From: Octopus sinensis
Lineage: Eukaryota
Assembly: GCF_006345805.1 (NCBI RefSeq)
Contig: NC_043007.1
Coordinates: 66,588,001-66,652,000 of the forward strand
Reading direction: 5' to 3'
Length of the DNA: 64,000 bases
Shown: positions 1-12,043 of the stretch, piece after piece
Layout of the letters: each line of letters begins with the position of its first letter
How positions within the stretch are numbered: the first letter of the stretch is position 1
Made by a program: the position numbers and the translations under genes
Notes under the pieces: generated by a model
Seen by the model: only the letters and a program-made list of their open reading frames with translations
The model's database searches: none
Told to the model about the DNA's origin: nothing

Positions 1-179
1 CCATCTATCAAATTCCGCTATAAATGGAAATGGTTAACCGAGTAGTAAGAGATCAAATCCAGAAACATGTACATGCAAACCGAATTTCTTAATTGTAAAG
101 CCGGGCCCGAGCAGGCATTCACACACACACACACACACACACAGTTCAAATTTACAAAAGTAATATATATAGTTCAAAT

Positions 180-400
180 TTACAGAAAACAAAAGACGAA
201 GACAGCTGTAGGAATAACAAGAAGGTGTATTAGATTAACGCTCGAGAAAAATGGAAATATCTTTGATGTTTCGAGACTACGCTTTTGAACAGAAAGTATT
301 GGGAAGAAAAATAAATGGTAAAAAAAAAAATGGAAAGAGAACGAGAACCAAAATAATACGGAGAGAGAAGAGGTGTGGGGATTAACGATTCAACACGATG
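180..400 (-). mobile_element. Penelope-like pLTR/non-autonomous repeat, degenerate copy with decayed hammerhead-like motif
   Basis: Homologous to 34690-34950, 45790-45975, 51380-51560 and 57575-57760 (aaaacaaaagacgaagacag...gtattag...tttcgagcctacgct). Reverse strand reads ctttctgttcaaaagcgtagtctcgaaac. Confidence 0.55.
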
Positions 401-411
401 ATAATATATAT

Positions 412-810
412 ACTCTTTTACCTGTTTCAGTCATTTGACTGCGGCCATGCTGAAGCACTGCCTTTTAATCGAGCAACTCGACCCCAGGACTTATTCTTTT
501 GCAAGCCCAATTACTTATTCTATCGGTCTCTTTTGCCGAGCCGCTAAGTAACGGGGACATAAACACACCAGCATCGGTTGTCAAGCAATGCTAGGGGGAC
601 AAACACAGACACACAAACACACACACACATATATATATGTATACATATATACGACAGGCTTCTTTCAGTTTCCCTCTACCAAATCCACTCACAAGGCATT
701 GGTCGGCCCGGGGCTATAGCAGAAGACACTTGCCCAAGATGCCACGCAGTGGGACTGAACCCGGAACCATGTGGTGGTTAGCAAGCTACTTACCACACAG
801 CCACTCCTGC

Positions 811-812
<2 letters not shown>
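412..812 (-). mobile_element. tRNA-derived SINE family A (head, internal TA/CA microsatellite, tail ...ccagcatggccgcagtcaaatgactgaaac(aagtaaaag)n), near full length
   Basis: Reverse strand starts ggcgcaggagtggctgtgtgg (A box) ...ggttcagtccc (B-box-like). Near-identical copies at 4395-4812, 10945-11385 and 56788-57190. Confidence 0.9.
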
Positions 813-868
<56 letters not shown>

Positions 869-878
869 TATTATATAT

Positions 879-912
<34 letters not shown>
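813..912. repeat. (TA)n microsatellite
   Basis: Direct reading. Confidence 0.95.
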
Positions 913-1278
913 ATTACTAAGTGAGATAGGGGTTATGAGTGTAACCCACTATGGGATATCATTTATCCAATATACTGCCAGTAAAGTACCCAGAAAGGCT
1001 AATACATAAATGCTGAGAATTGCAATGCAATAAATTCATTTATTGTATTGAAAGAAATCCATTCTTCCATTTTCCAGAAATAGTCATGACTTCTGGAACC
1101 TGACTGAGGAAAGAAAGCCACGAATGACCCGTTCTTTTTTTTTTTGCCTGTCCTTCTAATTATTGTTTCTCATGTCCGTTTGACATGAATGTTTTATGAA
1201 TGTTTTAATGTTCTCTATTGCGTTTCTGTTTCATTTTTATAGTTATATATATTAGGTTTGGAGATGATGTACAGGTAT

Positions 1279-1414
1279 TATATATTAGAAGAAATAAGGA
1301 ACTCAGAAATCTGGATGGTTTTATATTTAGAGATATTTATTAACATGTCACATGTTTTTATAAATATCTGTAAATATAAAACCATCCAGATTTCTGAGTA
1401 CCTTATTTCTTCTA

Positions 1415-1422
<8 letters not shown>
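1279..1422. repeat. Long near-perfect inverted repeat (fold-back), ~70 bp arms
   Basis: tatattagaagaaataaggaactcagaaatctggatggttttatattt... is mirrored by ...aaatataaaaccatccagatttctgagtaccttatttcttctaatata. Confidence 0.92.
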
Positions 1423-1479
<57 letters not shown>

Positions 1480-1859
1480 TCTCAGGAGAGAAGGTAGCAA
1501 GCATGACCTTTTACGAATCGCTAAGACAAGTGTTAAAGGAGAGAGATATCCTAAAACCGGAGACGCGACCGAAATACTTGCAAGAGTGAACTTAACTTAT
1601 GATTTTGAAGGATCAGATAGAAGTGTTAAACAGGAGAAAAAGATTATGTTTACCATCCAAGTAGGCTATTGTACGATTTGAACTCCGAGCGCGGAGTGCC
1701 TTGAAAACAGTGCGTTGTATTCTGTCCGACGCTCTAATGACTCTGTCATTATGCATATTTGCACATATACACTCACATACATACGATAGCGCACATGCAC
1801 ATACGTTCACACACACACAAGTTCACTCATATATGTATAGATATATATGAATATATGGT

Positions 1860-2172
1860 AAAGGCGCGAGGCTTAGTGGTTAAGGTAATCAGCTCACAAT
1901 CATAAGGTCTTGAGTTCGATTCCTTGTGGCGCGTTGTGTCCTTGAGCAAGACACTTTATTTTACATTGCTCCAGTCCACTCTGATGGCAAAAGTGAGTAG
2001 TACTTGTATTTCAAAGGGCCAGCGTCGTCGCATGCTGATTCCCCCTGAGAACTATATTAAGGGTACACGTGCCTGTGGAGTGCTCAATTACTTGCACGTT
2101 AATGTCATGAGCAGGCTGTTCCGTTGATGAGATCAACTGGAACCCTCGTCGTCGTAACCGACGGAGTGCCAG
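1860..2172 (+). mobile_element. tRNA-derived SINE family C (central tgtgtccttgagcaagacactt, tail ...cgtcgtaaccgacggagtgcc)
   Basis: A box ggcttagtgg and B box gagttcgattcc. Copies at 27797-28095 and 58830-59140(-). Confidence 0.88.
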
Positions 2173-2269
2173 TTATATGTATATATAAATATATGTGTGT
2201 GCAATATAGCCATACGCTAACACACAAACATATACTTACACATAGGAACACATAAATAAAGTTGTGCAG

Positions 2270-2555
2270 TATTAAATTAACACACCATAAAACCTTTGCA
2301 ATAATATGGCTTGATACAGAAAGGCGTTCGATTCTGTTCCCCACAAAGTGCTAATGCAATCACTGTGCTTGGCAAAAGTACTTGCTGCCCCAGTTGTTGC
2401 CATTGAAAGATTTACAAAGACTTGGTGAACAAGCTTCACACCTGTAATTGAAAGCGGAACCATTGTCTCCGTTGTTATATTATTTCAAAGGGACTATAGC
2501 AAGGAGACAGCTTGTCTGTGCTTCTGTTTGTTTTGGCACTTAAATCCACTGCAAT
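2270..2555 (+). pseudogene. Non-LTR retrotransposon RT fragment (R4/Dong-like RLE clade)
   Basis: Translates to YRKAFDSVPHKVL and QGDSLSVLLFVLALNP, with stops and frameshifts. Confidence 0.75.
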
Positions 2556-2582
2556 TTTCTTTTTTTACAAAAATTTAGTTAT

Positions 2583-3065
2583 GTTTTAGAGATTACAATA
2601 GCGAAAACACCAATGTACTATATAATTTCTTCGTGAGCCATTTACAGGTCTTTACTAGCAATATTTACAATGCAGAGAAATATCTGTGTTGAATAACAAG
2701 TTTCAATTGATATAGACTATGTAACCAAAAAAAAAAAAAAAAAAAAACATTGAAAAATTAAGAAATGGCCATGTTTGATTTCAGAACGCTGGAGAATATT
2801 TCCTAAACACTGACTTTACATTAATCGTTTTAGAGATTACAATAGCGAAAACACCAATGTACTATATAATTTCTTCGTGAGCCATTTACAGGTCTTTACT
2901 AGCAATATTTACAATGCAGAGAAATATATGTGTTGAATAACAAGTTTCAATTGATATAGACTCTGTAACCAAAAAAAAAAAAAAAAACATTGAAAAATTA
3001 AGAAATGGCCATGTTTGATTTCAGAACGCTGGAAAATATTTCCTAAACACTGACTTTACATTAAT
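2583..3065 (+). repeat. Tandem duplication, 2 x ~240 bp
   Basis: Units start gttttagagattacaatagcg at 2583 and 2827. They differ by about 3 substitutions and poly-A length. Confidence 0.93.
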
Positions 3066-3274
3066 GATTTCCCTTTTTCCGCTTTTATGCACGAGTACTA
3101 CAAATGCGAAGGTGATGAAAATATATATTACAAAGCATGCTATGAATATTGTAGCAGATTTTGTATAAAATATGGCAGTTGGAGTTTTCCTCTCACATGA
3201 TAATATCCCACAATGCATTTCTTCTCCCACTAGTGGCGCAAACATTTGGAATACCCCTTAGATATTGACATAGA

Positions 3275-3970
3275 TTTTGGCACAAGGCTAGCAATTTCGG
3301 TAGAGAGAATAAGTTGATTACATCGACCCCAGAGTTTAACTAGTACTTATTTTATCGACCCGGAAAGCATAGAAGGCGAAGTCGACTTCGGACGAATTTG
3401 GACTCAGAACGCAAATACGGACGAAATGCCGATAATTATTTTGTCAGGTGTTTTAACGATTCTGCCAGTTCCGTCCAAACGCTTTTCCTAGTGTTATTAT
3501 TGAGCTGGAAGAAACGTTAGCACACCGGGCAAAATGCTTAGCAGCATTTCGTCCGTTTCCACGTTCAAATTCCACCAAGTTCGACTTTACCTTTCACCTA
3601 TTCCAAAAATTTCAGGACTTGTGCCTATAGTAGAAAGGATTATCATTATTACTTTTAAGGCGGTGAACTGGTAGAATCGTTAGCAAACCGTACAAAATGC
3701 TTAGCATCATTGCGTCCATTTTCACGTTCTGAGTTCAAATTCCGCCGAGGTTGACTTTGCCTTTCAGCCTTTTGGGGTCGATAAATTAAGTACTACTGAC
3801 ACACTAGGGTCAATTCAATGTAAATGACTAGTCCCCACCCACCAAATTTCAGGCCTTGTGCTTTTAGTGGAAAAGGACGCCGGGCGAAATGCTTAGCGGC
3901 ATTTCGTCTATCGTTATGCACAAATTCTGCAGAAATCGAATTTGCCTTTCAGCCTTCGGGACCGATAAAC
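3275..3970. mobile_element. Cluster of SINE family B copies (head aaggcggcgagctggcagaatcgttagc; core ccgaggtcgactttgcctttcatcctttcggggtcgataa)
   Basis: 3275-3475 on minus; 3500-3600, 3655-3875 and 3878-3970 on plus. The core resembles the Meta/MESC-type SINE central domain (recalled, not searched). Confidence 0.85.
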
Positions 3971-3974
3971 AGAA

Positions 3975-4155
3975 AGACGACCGCGTGTGTATCGTTGGAG
4001 ACATTTTCCCTCTGTCCTCCCTTCCTTGGATCTTTCCTTTTTCTATGTTTCTGATGAAGAGCTCCACTCGAAACTCTAAATCTTCCTTCTTTCCTTCTTT
4101 TCCAATAACTTGTTCTACGTCCTCGCGTTGTTTTTTTTTTTTCTCTTTGTGTAGC
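3975..4155 (+). mobile_element. Penelope-like pLTR fragment containing a hammerhead core
   Basis: CTGATGA-agagctccactc-GAAA at 4051-4073. Its tail acgtcctcgcgttgtt is shared with 34900. Confidence 0.6.
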
Positions 4156-4394
4156 AGGATTTTTCACATGGCTTTGGTCGGACTGGCGCTATATAAATAG
4201 AAGACATCCAGCTAAGATGCCACTCAGTCGGATCGAACATGGCACTAATGGGGTTGGAAAGCAAACCTTTTACCACACCGCCACACTTGCGCCCATGAAA
4301 ATATTTATTTCTTACAAAACCTGTGAGAAAAACAACTGAAAATTTCTACAAAGATTACAGCTTCTCTCTCAAGCTCACTGATATATCCTTATAC

Positions 4395-4608
4395 TTTTTA
4401 CTCTTTACTCTTTTACTTGTTTCAGTCATTTGACTGCGGCCATGCTGGAGCACCGCCTTTAGTCGAGCAAATCGACCCCGGGACTTATTCTTTGTAAGCC
4501 CAGTACTTATTCTATCGGTCTCTTTTGCCGAACCGCTAGGTTACGGGGACGTAAACACACCAGCATCGGTTGTCAAGCAATGCTAGGGGGACAAACACAG
4601 ACACACAA

Positions 4609-4639
<31 letters not shown>

Positions 4640-4812
4640 CATATATACGACAGGCTTCTTTCAGTTTCCATCTACCAAATCCACTCACAAGGCATTGGTC
4701 GGCCCGGGGCTATAGCAGAAGACACTTGCCCAAGATGCCACGCAGTGGGACTGAACCCGCAACCATGTGGTTGGTTAGCAAGCTACTTACCAGACAGCCA
4801 CTCCTGCGCCTA
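4395..4812 (-). mobile_element. SINE family A, full length, young
   Basis: Near identical to 412-812 and 56788-57190. Confidence 0.92.
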
Positions 4813-5089
4813 TAATTTTTACATTTAGTTATGTTAGTAAATGCGTGGTAATCTTGAGAAAATTTGTTGTTTCGGGCAAAGAAATCAGCCACTAACACAC
4901 ACTTTGCAAATCCTTATGCTGAACAGTAAAAATTTACAAGCCTTCTTTTCATAAGTTCAACATGTTATTACTCTTTAGTCACTGTTATTCAAATTCCAGC
5001 AATCAGGCTTTGTTTCTTTGTTAAAAAAAACAGCTTCTTTTTCGTTTTTTCTTGACAGGAAAATGCAAATATATATAAAGAAGGGCTAA

Positions 5090-5767
5090 CATACATACTA
5101 CATACATACATACATACATACATACATTCATACATACATACATATATACATACATACATATATACATACATACATACATACATATATACTTGCATACATA
5201 CATACATACATACATACATTCATACATACATATTTTCATACATACATACTTACATTCATACATTCATACATACATACATACATACATACATACATACATG
5301 CATACATTCATACATACATGATATTTTCATACATACATACTTGCATTCATACATACATACATACATACATGCATACATACATACATACATACATACATAC
5401 ATACATACATACATACATACATACATACATACATACATACATACATTCATATATTCATACATACAGACAGACATTCAAACATACAAACATACATTACATA
5501 CATGCATTACGTTCATACATACATACATACATACATACATACATACATACATACATACATACATACTTACATTCATATATTCATACATACAGACAAACAT
5601 TCAAACATACAAACATACATTACATACATGCATTACGTTCATACATACATACATACATACATACATACATACATACATACATACATTCATATATTCATAC
5701 ATACAGACAGACATTCAAACATACAGACATACATTACATACATGCATTACGTTCATTCATACATACA

Positions 5768-5801
<34 letters not shown>

Positions 5802-5920
5802 CATACATACATACATACATACATACATACATACATACACACATACATACATACTTACATGCATACATACGCACGTACAGACAAATATTTACTCACATAC
5901 GTATATATATATACATACAT
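5090..5920. repeat. (TACA)n microsatellite with ~115-125 bp higher-order repeat
   Basis: The block cattcatatattcatacatacagac...catgcattacgttc recurs at about 5444, 5570 and 5684. Confidence 0.92.
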
Positions 5921-6137
5921 AAAATGAAAAACCAACCAAACAAAGCCACAAAGAGACACAAAGAGGCAATACTACTGAAGTCTAGTAGTAACGCAAGCCG
6001 TCTGCTCCCTTTCTTTCCGTCCCTCTCCCCTTTCTCACTCTCTCTCACTCACTCTCTTCCTTTCTGTCTTTCTATCTCTCACAAGTTTAGTTGGGCTGTC
6101 TTTCTGATCTTAGTATGCATTGTATGCGTATGTGTTT

Positions 6138-6174
<37 letters not shown>

Positions 6175-6949
6175 TGTGTGATGCGAGTGCTGTGTGCGTG
6201 TGTTCAGGGGTGGGAAAGTGTATGGAAGCGTAATGTGGGGGGAGAGAGGGGTAAACTGACGCGTGGACAACATCAGCAATAATGACAGGGTCGGAGGGAT
6301 GGATGGCGGGGGTAGGGGGTTAAGGAAGAGGGGAGAGGAGAGAGGGAGAGAGGGAGAGTTTAGCGTTGCCTTTGCATTTCTATGAGTAAGCTTTCTTTTT
6401 CTAGTGAAGGTACGTTAGAGGTGAGTGTGTATAAAGGAACTGAAGAGTGTCCCGTGATGGAAGTGGTTTGAGAGAAAGAAAGAGCGAGAGTGAGAGAGAG
6501 GGAGATATAGAGAGAGAGTGGTGGGGGATGTGAGAATGTGTTTATGTGTGTGTGTGTGTGTGACGTCATGTACACACGAAGAGGAAGAGTGATATGAACA
6601 CTAGTGTGAAAGAAAGTGGGTTGGTGGCTGGCTGTGATATGGATCGTTGTTGTTGTTGATGATGATGATGATGATGATGATGGATGATGAAGATGGTGGT
6701 GGTGGTGGTGGTGGTGGTGGTGGTGGTGGTATTAGTAAATCGGTTGGAGGGAAGGGGTGTTGAGTGGATGGATGGATGGATGAGATGGAGATGGTGGGGG
6801 CAAAGAAAAAGAGAAAAGTAGAAAATATGAGAAAAAAACGGTGAATTCAACTCCACCCAACACTATCATCATCATCATCACCACCGCTACCACCACCACT
6901 ATCACCACCGTCACCACTGATATCTCTTACCGTCTCCAATGAGAGAACC

Positions 6950-7540
6950 TCGATCCGATGAAACAGAGGGTCTCGACGCAGTCTTCGGACTTACTAGAAA
7001 TAGCAGCCTAATCTCCCTTACATTTCAGCACGCTTCTGTCTAAATGAAAAACAAAAAAAAAAAAATACGAAAACATTAGATAATGTAGTCTCAGATTCCT
7101 TGTACACAAGAGAAAATGTGATGGTCACAGCTGGAATTCCAGTGATATGTTTGCTTGATCAGGAGTGACCTATAATTAAATACCAGCAACAACAACAACA
7201 ACCATTACTATCATCATTTCCATCATTCAACGAAGAAGCCCCTAATAAGACGAGATGGTCACAGCTGGAATACTTCTGGAATACGTCTGCTTGATTACAA
7301 CCCACTCAGACGGTGACGACGACACGAGCTTTTATAAAAGCCTCTATGTGCTAATCCGACTTGTTATAAATATCACCCAGATGCCCTAAAATCACAAAGT
7401 ACCATCTGAGGTAAGGAGCAAAAAAATAACTCCCGAAATAATATAGTCCTACAGAACCTTAAAATAAGCCATGTCTTGAAACGTTTTGATCAAAACTTTG
7501 CTGGGTTAGAATTGATCTGAGCTAAATAACAACAACAACA
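6950..7540 (+). mobile_element. Old dispersed repeat family D (ctagaaatagcagcc...gatggtcacagctggaat...(aac)n tail), 2-3 diverged copies
   Basis: Similar copies at about 25340-25550(-), 26700-26860, 35120-35240, 36680-36870, 43740-43920, 52480-52660(-), 53740-53860 and 58640-58830. Confidence 0.6.
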
Positions 7541-7639
7541 AGAATATCCACCACAATCACCATTTCTTTTTTTTTCTATTCCATTCCTACTTTTTGATGT
7601 ACCCTTTTGGCACCCTTTTGGCGACCTTTTGGCAAGTAT

Positions 7640-8700
7640 CAAATTATAACATTTATTTCTTTATTTACCACTAAAATCGAGGACGGTAGAGGACGATACG
7701 GGGTTCCGTAAAAGTGTGAAAATAATATAAATCCCAGAAACAACGGAACATTGGATAAAAATATTTCCCCCAAACCGGGAAAGCTTTCGGAGGCTGCTCG
7801 AGGAAACACCACAAAACCACAGTCAGCAGATGTTCTCTCTCTCTCCTTCTTACTCCCTCTCTCCCTCTCTCCCCCTCTCTCTCTTTCTCTAACTTTCACT
7901 CCCACTCTACAGGCGCATACTCAGAACAAGCCCGTTCACTCGGGCCAATCTCATCCACTTTTCACGAAATCTGTTTGGGGACCACAATTCCTTCTCCATC
8001 GTCACCTTTCTCTTCAAGTGAAATTGGGAAAAGTTTATGAGGGCTTGGCCAAAGAAGATGTCTGTCTTCATCCCTGTCAGTCTTGTCCACCACACAATCT
8101 CTTCGCCAAAACAACTAGACAGAGTACTTGTCCTTCCTACCCAAAGGAGGGCGGTGGAACAATCTTCACAAAAAACTCAACTGATAACCAGATCCATCCT
8201 TCACGCAATAGCGGTGTTCGACACAACTCCACAGGTTAGCAATGCTCAGGCACTGAACGAGTGCGTGCAGAACAGTTTCGTTGCTTTGAGAACATCACGG
8301 CTAGACCCAGCAGACGGCATTTCTATGACTATAGAGTTTATCCAGAACCGGCAATGCTCCCGGTAGTACTGCCAGACCAGAGATTACTAGAAATTATTCA
8401 TGGGCCCCAGACTGCAAGCGCTTTGTTACAGACTAGTAAGATGTTCGTCTACGCCCAGGGTCTTCCCTGAGAACATCGCCGCTCTTGCTTGCCACTAACA
8501 CTGCAGAACTTTCACTGACCGTATTGCTCAGGTGGCAGAGAGCTGTGAGCGCCCAACGAGAATCTAGGTACTCTGCCCTGGTCTTTGTTTAATCCAGGCC
8601 TGCTGCTCTATCAAAGAGATGGGCTGTGGAAAAGCGAGTCTGACAAACGTTGAGCAAAATCAGCGCATGTCAGTGCATCATTTGTCACAGCATGCCCAGT
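7640..8700 (-). pseudogene. 3' end of L1/Tx1-clade LINE (ORF2 C-terminus with zf-RVT CCHC knuckle, plus 3' UTR)
   Basis: Minus strand gives SLVWQYYR..LPVLDKLY, then CSQSNETVLHALVQCLSIANLW, then WWTRLTG...FHLKRKV...REKWMR. Frameshifted. Confidence 0.78.
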
Positions 8701-8704
8701 TCGT

Positions 8705-9085
8705 TCGACCCCAGTACGCAACTGGTACTTAATTTATCGACCCCGAAAGGATGAAATGCAAAATCAACCTCGGCGGAATTTGAACTCAGAACATAGCCAC
8801 GGGCGAAATACCGCTAAGCATTTCGTCCAGTGTGCTAACGATTCTTATTTCTTTACGACCCACGAGGGGCTAAACATAGAGGGGACAAAAAATGACAGAC
8901 AGACTGATTAAGTCGATTATATCGATCCTAGTGCGCAACTGGTTTTTAATTTATCGACCCCGAAAGGATGAAAGGCAAAGTCGACCTCGGCGGAATTTGA
9001 GCTCAGAACGTAACGGCAGACGAAATACAGCTACGCATTTCGCCCAACGTGCTAAGCTTTGCCCAACGTGCCAGCTCGCCGCCTC
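8705..9085 (-). mobile_element. SINE family B, two tandem copies
   Basis: Core ccccgaaaggatgaaaggcaaagtcgacctcggcggaatttga occurs twice. Confidence 0.9.
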
Positions 9086-9095
9086 AATAATAATG

Positions 9096-9164
<69 letters not shown>

Positions 9165-9220
9165 GAGATGATGATGATGATGGTGATAGTGATGGTGATG
9201 CTGATGCTGATGCTGATATG
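9086..9220. repeat. (AAT)n/(GAT)n trinucleotide repeat
   Basis: Direct reading. Confidence 0.93.
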
Positions 9221-10324
9221 TAGTACCATAGAGACAAAGCTATAGATTTTGTTATAGAAGTCATAATTGATAGAATACCCACCTATGTAGGTGTTTCAAA
9301 AAAGCCATACATAGAAAAATAATATATAATTTGAAGAAAAAAACAGCAGAAAGAAATTGCTAGAAGTATGACAGAATTGAATCCAATGGCATAGTACTCG
9401 GTATTATGCCACTGCTTTCCTAATTGAGAAGCAAAGTGGGAGAGGAAAGCGGGAATTTCAAAGTCGTGGAACTAGTTTAATGTTTACTAAGAATGAAAAA
9501 AATGTAATTGAAAATAAGGGGGAGAGAGAGGGGGCAGAGAAGGGGACAGAAAGGAAGAGAGATAGAAAGAGAGAGAAATCAACTGATTACTAGCGTCTCT
9601 GCATTATTACTGTATGCCAGCGAGCACATGGATACACGCATACATACCTGCATATATACACACATACGTAAATACATACACACATACATACCTACATATA
9701 TACATACATGTGTAAATACATACGTACACACAAACACACACACGCGTATGTATGTATGTATGTATGTATGTATGTATGTATGTATGTATGTATGTATGTA
9801 TGTATGTTTGTATGTGGGAGAAGTGGGGAAAAAGAAAATATCTTGAAAAATATAAAAAATAAACGATTAAGAAATTGTGACTGTGTGTGTGTGTGTGGTG
9901 TGTGTGTGGTGTGTGTGTGTGTGAAAGAGAGACTGCGTCTGATAGACTGATAGAGAAAGGAACGGTGAGAGAGAGAGTGAAGCAATACGGAATTGTAAAT
10001 GAGGAAAGATAAGAAATAAAGCAGAGACAATAGGTAGGGAGTGGATGATATAGAAGAAAAGATGGTAACAGTAGGAGGAATAACTAAACAGCCAAACTGC
10101 AGCTGCCAGGTTAAGAACGTATAAAGTCAACTTAAGTGTCGTCTGCTTGTTGATTCTGTTGGCGGCCGTCTACAAATATGGCGAACACACTATTATGTGC
10201 GTGCGTGAGTGTGCGTGCATGTGTGAGTGTGTGTGTGTGTGTGTATGCGTGTGTGCGTGTGTTGTACTCATAACAATGTCTCCAAACAGTAGAGTGTAGT
10301 GACAAAGCTATGTATAAATAAGCG

Positions 10325-10900
10325 TTTCAAACTTTGGCACAAGGCCAGCAGTTTTGGGGAAGGGGTCAGTCGATTAACATTGACTGGTACTTGCTTTATC
10401 GACCCTTGTGGAGGCGCAATGGCCCAGTGGTTAGGGCAGCGGATTCGCGGTCGTAGGATCGCGCTTTCGATTCCCAGACCGGGCGTTGTGAGTGTTTATT
10501 GAGCGAAAACACCTAAAAGCTCCACGACGCTCCGGCAGGGATGGTGGTGATCCCTGCTGTACTCTTTCACCACAACTTTCTCTCACTCTTACTTCCTGTT
10601 TCTGTTGTACCTGTATTTCAAAGGGCCAGCCTTGTCACTCTCTGTGTCACGCTGAATATCCCCAAGAACTACGTTAAGGGTACACGTGTCTGTGGAGTGC
10701 TCAGCCACCTACACGTTAATTTCACGAGCAGGCTGTTCCGTTGATCGGATCAACCGGAACCCTCGTCGTCGTAACCGACGGAGTGCTTCTCCTTATCGAC
10801 CCTAAAAAGGATGTAAGGCAAAGTCACCTTCGGAGGGATTTGAACTTAGAACGTAATGACGGACCAAATGCAGCTAAGCATTTTGCCCGGTGTGCTAACA
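10325..10900 (-). mobile_element. SINE family B interrupted by a younger SINE
   Basis: Family B sequence resumes after 10803. Confidence 0.8.
10407..10792 (+). mobile_element. tRNA-derived SINE (head E plus family C tail) with 11 bp TSD
   Basis: Head ggaggcgcaatggcccagtggttagggcagcgg. TSD ttatcgaccct at 10396-10406 and 10793-10803. Confidence 0.88.
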
Positions 10901-10944
10901 ACAATTCTATCAGCGTACTGAAAACTTTAAACTTTTTTTTACAT

Positions 10945-11119
10945 AAGGCGCAGGAGTGGCTGTGTGGTAAGTAGCTTGCTTACCAACCACATGGTTCCGG
11001 GTTCAGTCCCACTGCGTGGCACCTTGGGCAAGTGTCTTCTACTATAGCCTCAGGTCGACCAAAGCCTTGTGAGTGGATTTGGTAGACGGAAACTGAAAGA
11101 AGCCCGTCGTATATGTGTG

Positions 11120-11155
<36 letters not shown>

Positions 11156-11385
11156 TGTAAGTGTATATGTTTGAGTGTCTGCGTTTGCACCCCCCCCCAA
11201 CATCTCTTGACAACCAATGCTGGTGTGTTTACGTCCCCGTAAATTAGCGGTTCGGCAAAAGAGCCGGTAAAATAAGTACTAGGCTTCCAAAGAATAAGTC
11301 CTGGGGTCGAGTTGCTCGACTAAAGGCAGTGCTCCAGCATGGCCGCAGTCAAATGATTGAAACGAGTAAAAGAGTAAAAGAGAGA
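10945..11385 (+). mobile_element. SINE family A, full length
   Basis: ggcgcaggagtggctgtgtgg ... gagtaaaagagtaaaagag. Confidence 0.92.
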
Positions 11386-11409
11386 GTTAGTGGAACATCA
11401 CTGACATAT

Positions 11410-11550
11410 GTGTAATAGAAGGCGGGAGGCTTGATTTAGTGGAAAAATCGCAGGTTCTGGTGAAGTAAATATTCCAGCTTCAGCAGTGGATCCTCGAAGG
11501 AGGAGAAGTCTTCGTACTTATTCTCACCTATGGTCATGAATGTCGAGTAG
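11410..11550 (+). pseudogene. Small RTE-type RT fragment
   Basis: gtacttattctcacctatggtcatgaatgt translates to VLILTYGHEC, cf. the RTE motif PILTYGHE.W. Confidence 0.45.
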
Positions 11551-11696
11551 CAGAATAGCTGGCTGGCTTGCTAGTTTGCTGGCTGGCTAACTGGCTGGCT
11601 GGCTGGATGGATGGATGGCTAGTTAACGTATTTTCAGAAATATGAATTTCAATGATATTTTCTATATCTAAATATGTTAATACAACAGAAAGAACT

Positions 11697-11895
11697 ATTG
11701 GCTTTGTATGGTGAACTCAGCAATTGAAAATGTATCAGTATTTTCATTGACTAATATTCTGTAGTTCGTCATGAATGACAAAGAGATCCAAATATCATTT
11801 AGAAAAATTTCGAGAAATTCAGAGTTTTAGGCAACGAAAATACGGGTAGAGAAAAAAAAATCTTCAACTGTAGAATTCACCATATAAAGCCAACA
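11697..11895. mobile_element. MITE-like remnant with ~35 bp imperfect inverted repeats
   Basis: ttggctttgtatggtgaactcagcaattgaa versus ttcaactgtagaattcaccatataaagccaa. Confidence 0.5.
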
Positions 11896-11900
11896 TGTAG

Positions 11901-11970
<70 letters not shown>

Positions 11971-12043
11971 GGTGAATATGGTACTTTAGTTAAAGGCACC
12001 AGAATTTGGTATGGTATTATTCATATAAATCAAATGGAGTGAT

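Noticed and set aside
2583-2836. GTTTTAGAG repeated, resembling a type II CRISPR repeat start
   Set aside because: It is only the start of a 244 bp tandem duplication. There are no unique spacers or cas genes, and the context is eukaryotic.
5318-6181. Long ORFs (287 aa and many YIHT/MYVC, poly-I, poly-S and K/E/R-rich ORFs)
   Set aside because: Stop-free translations of TACA, TA, CA, CTT and GAAA repeats.
7751-8470. Plus-strand ORFs of 162, 109 and 69 aa
   Set aside because: Antisense shadows of the L1/Tx1 relic on the minus strand.
9379-9412. Short hairpin tggcatagtac-tcg-gtattatgcca
   Set aside because: The 11 bp stem is too short for a pre-miRNA, and I recognised no conserved miRNA here or elsewhere in the window.
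10407-10485. tRNA-like sequences at SINE heads
   Set aside because: They continue into SINE bodies and occur as diverged multi-copy repeats, so they are not called as tRNA genes.
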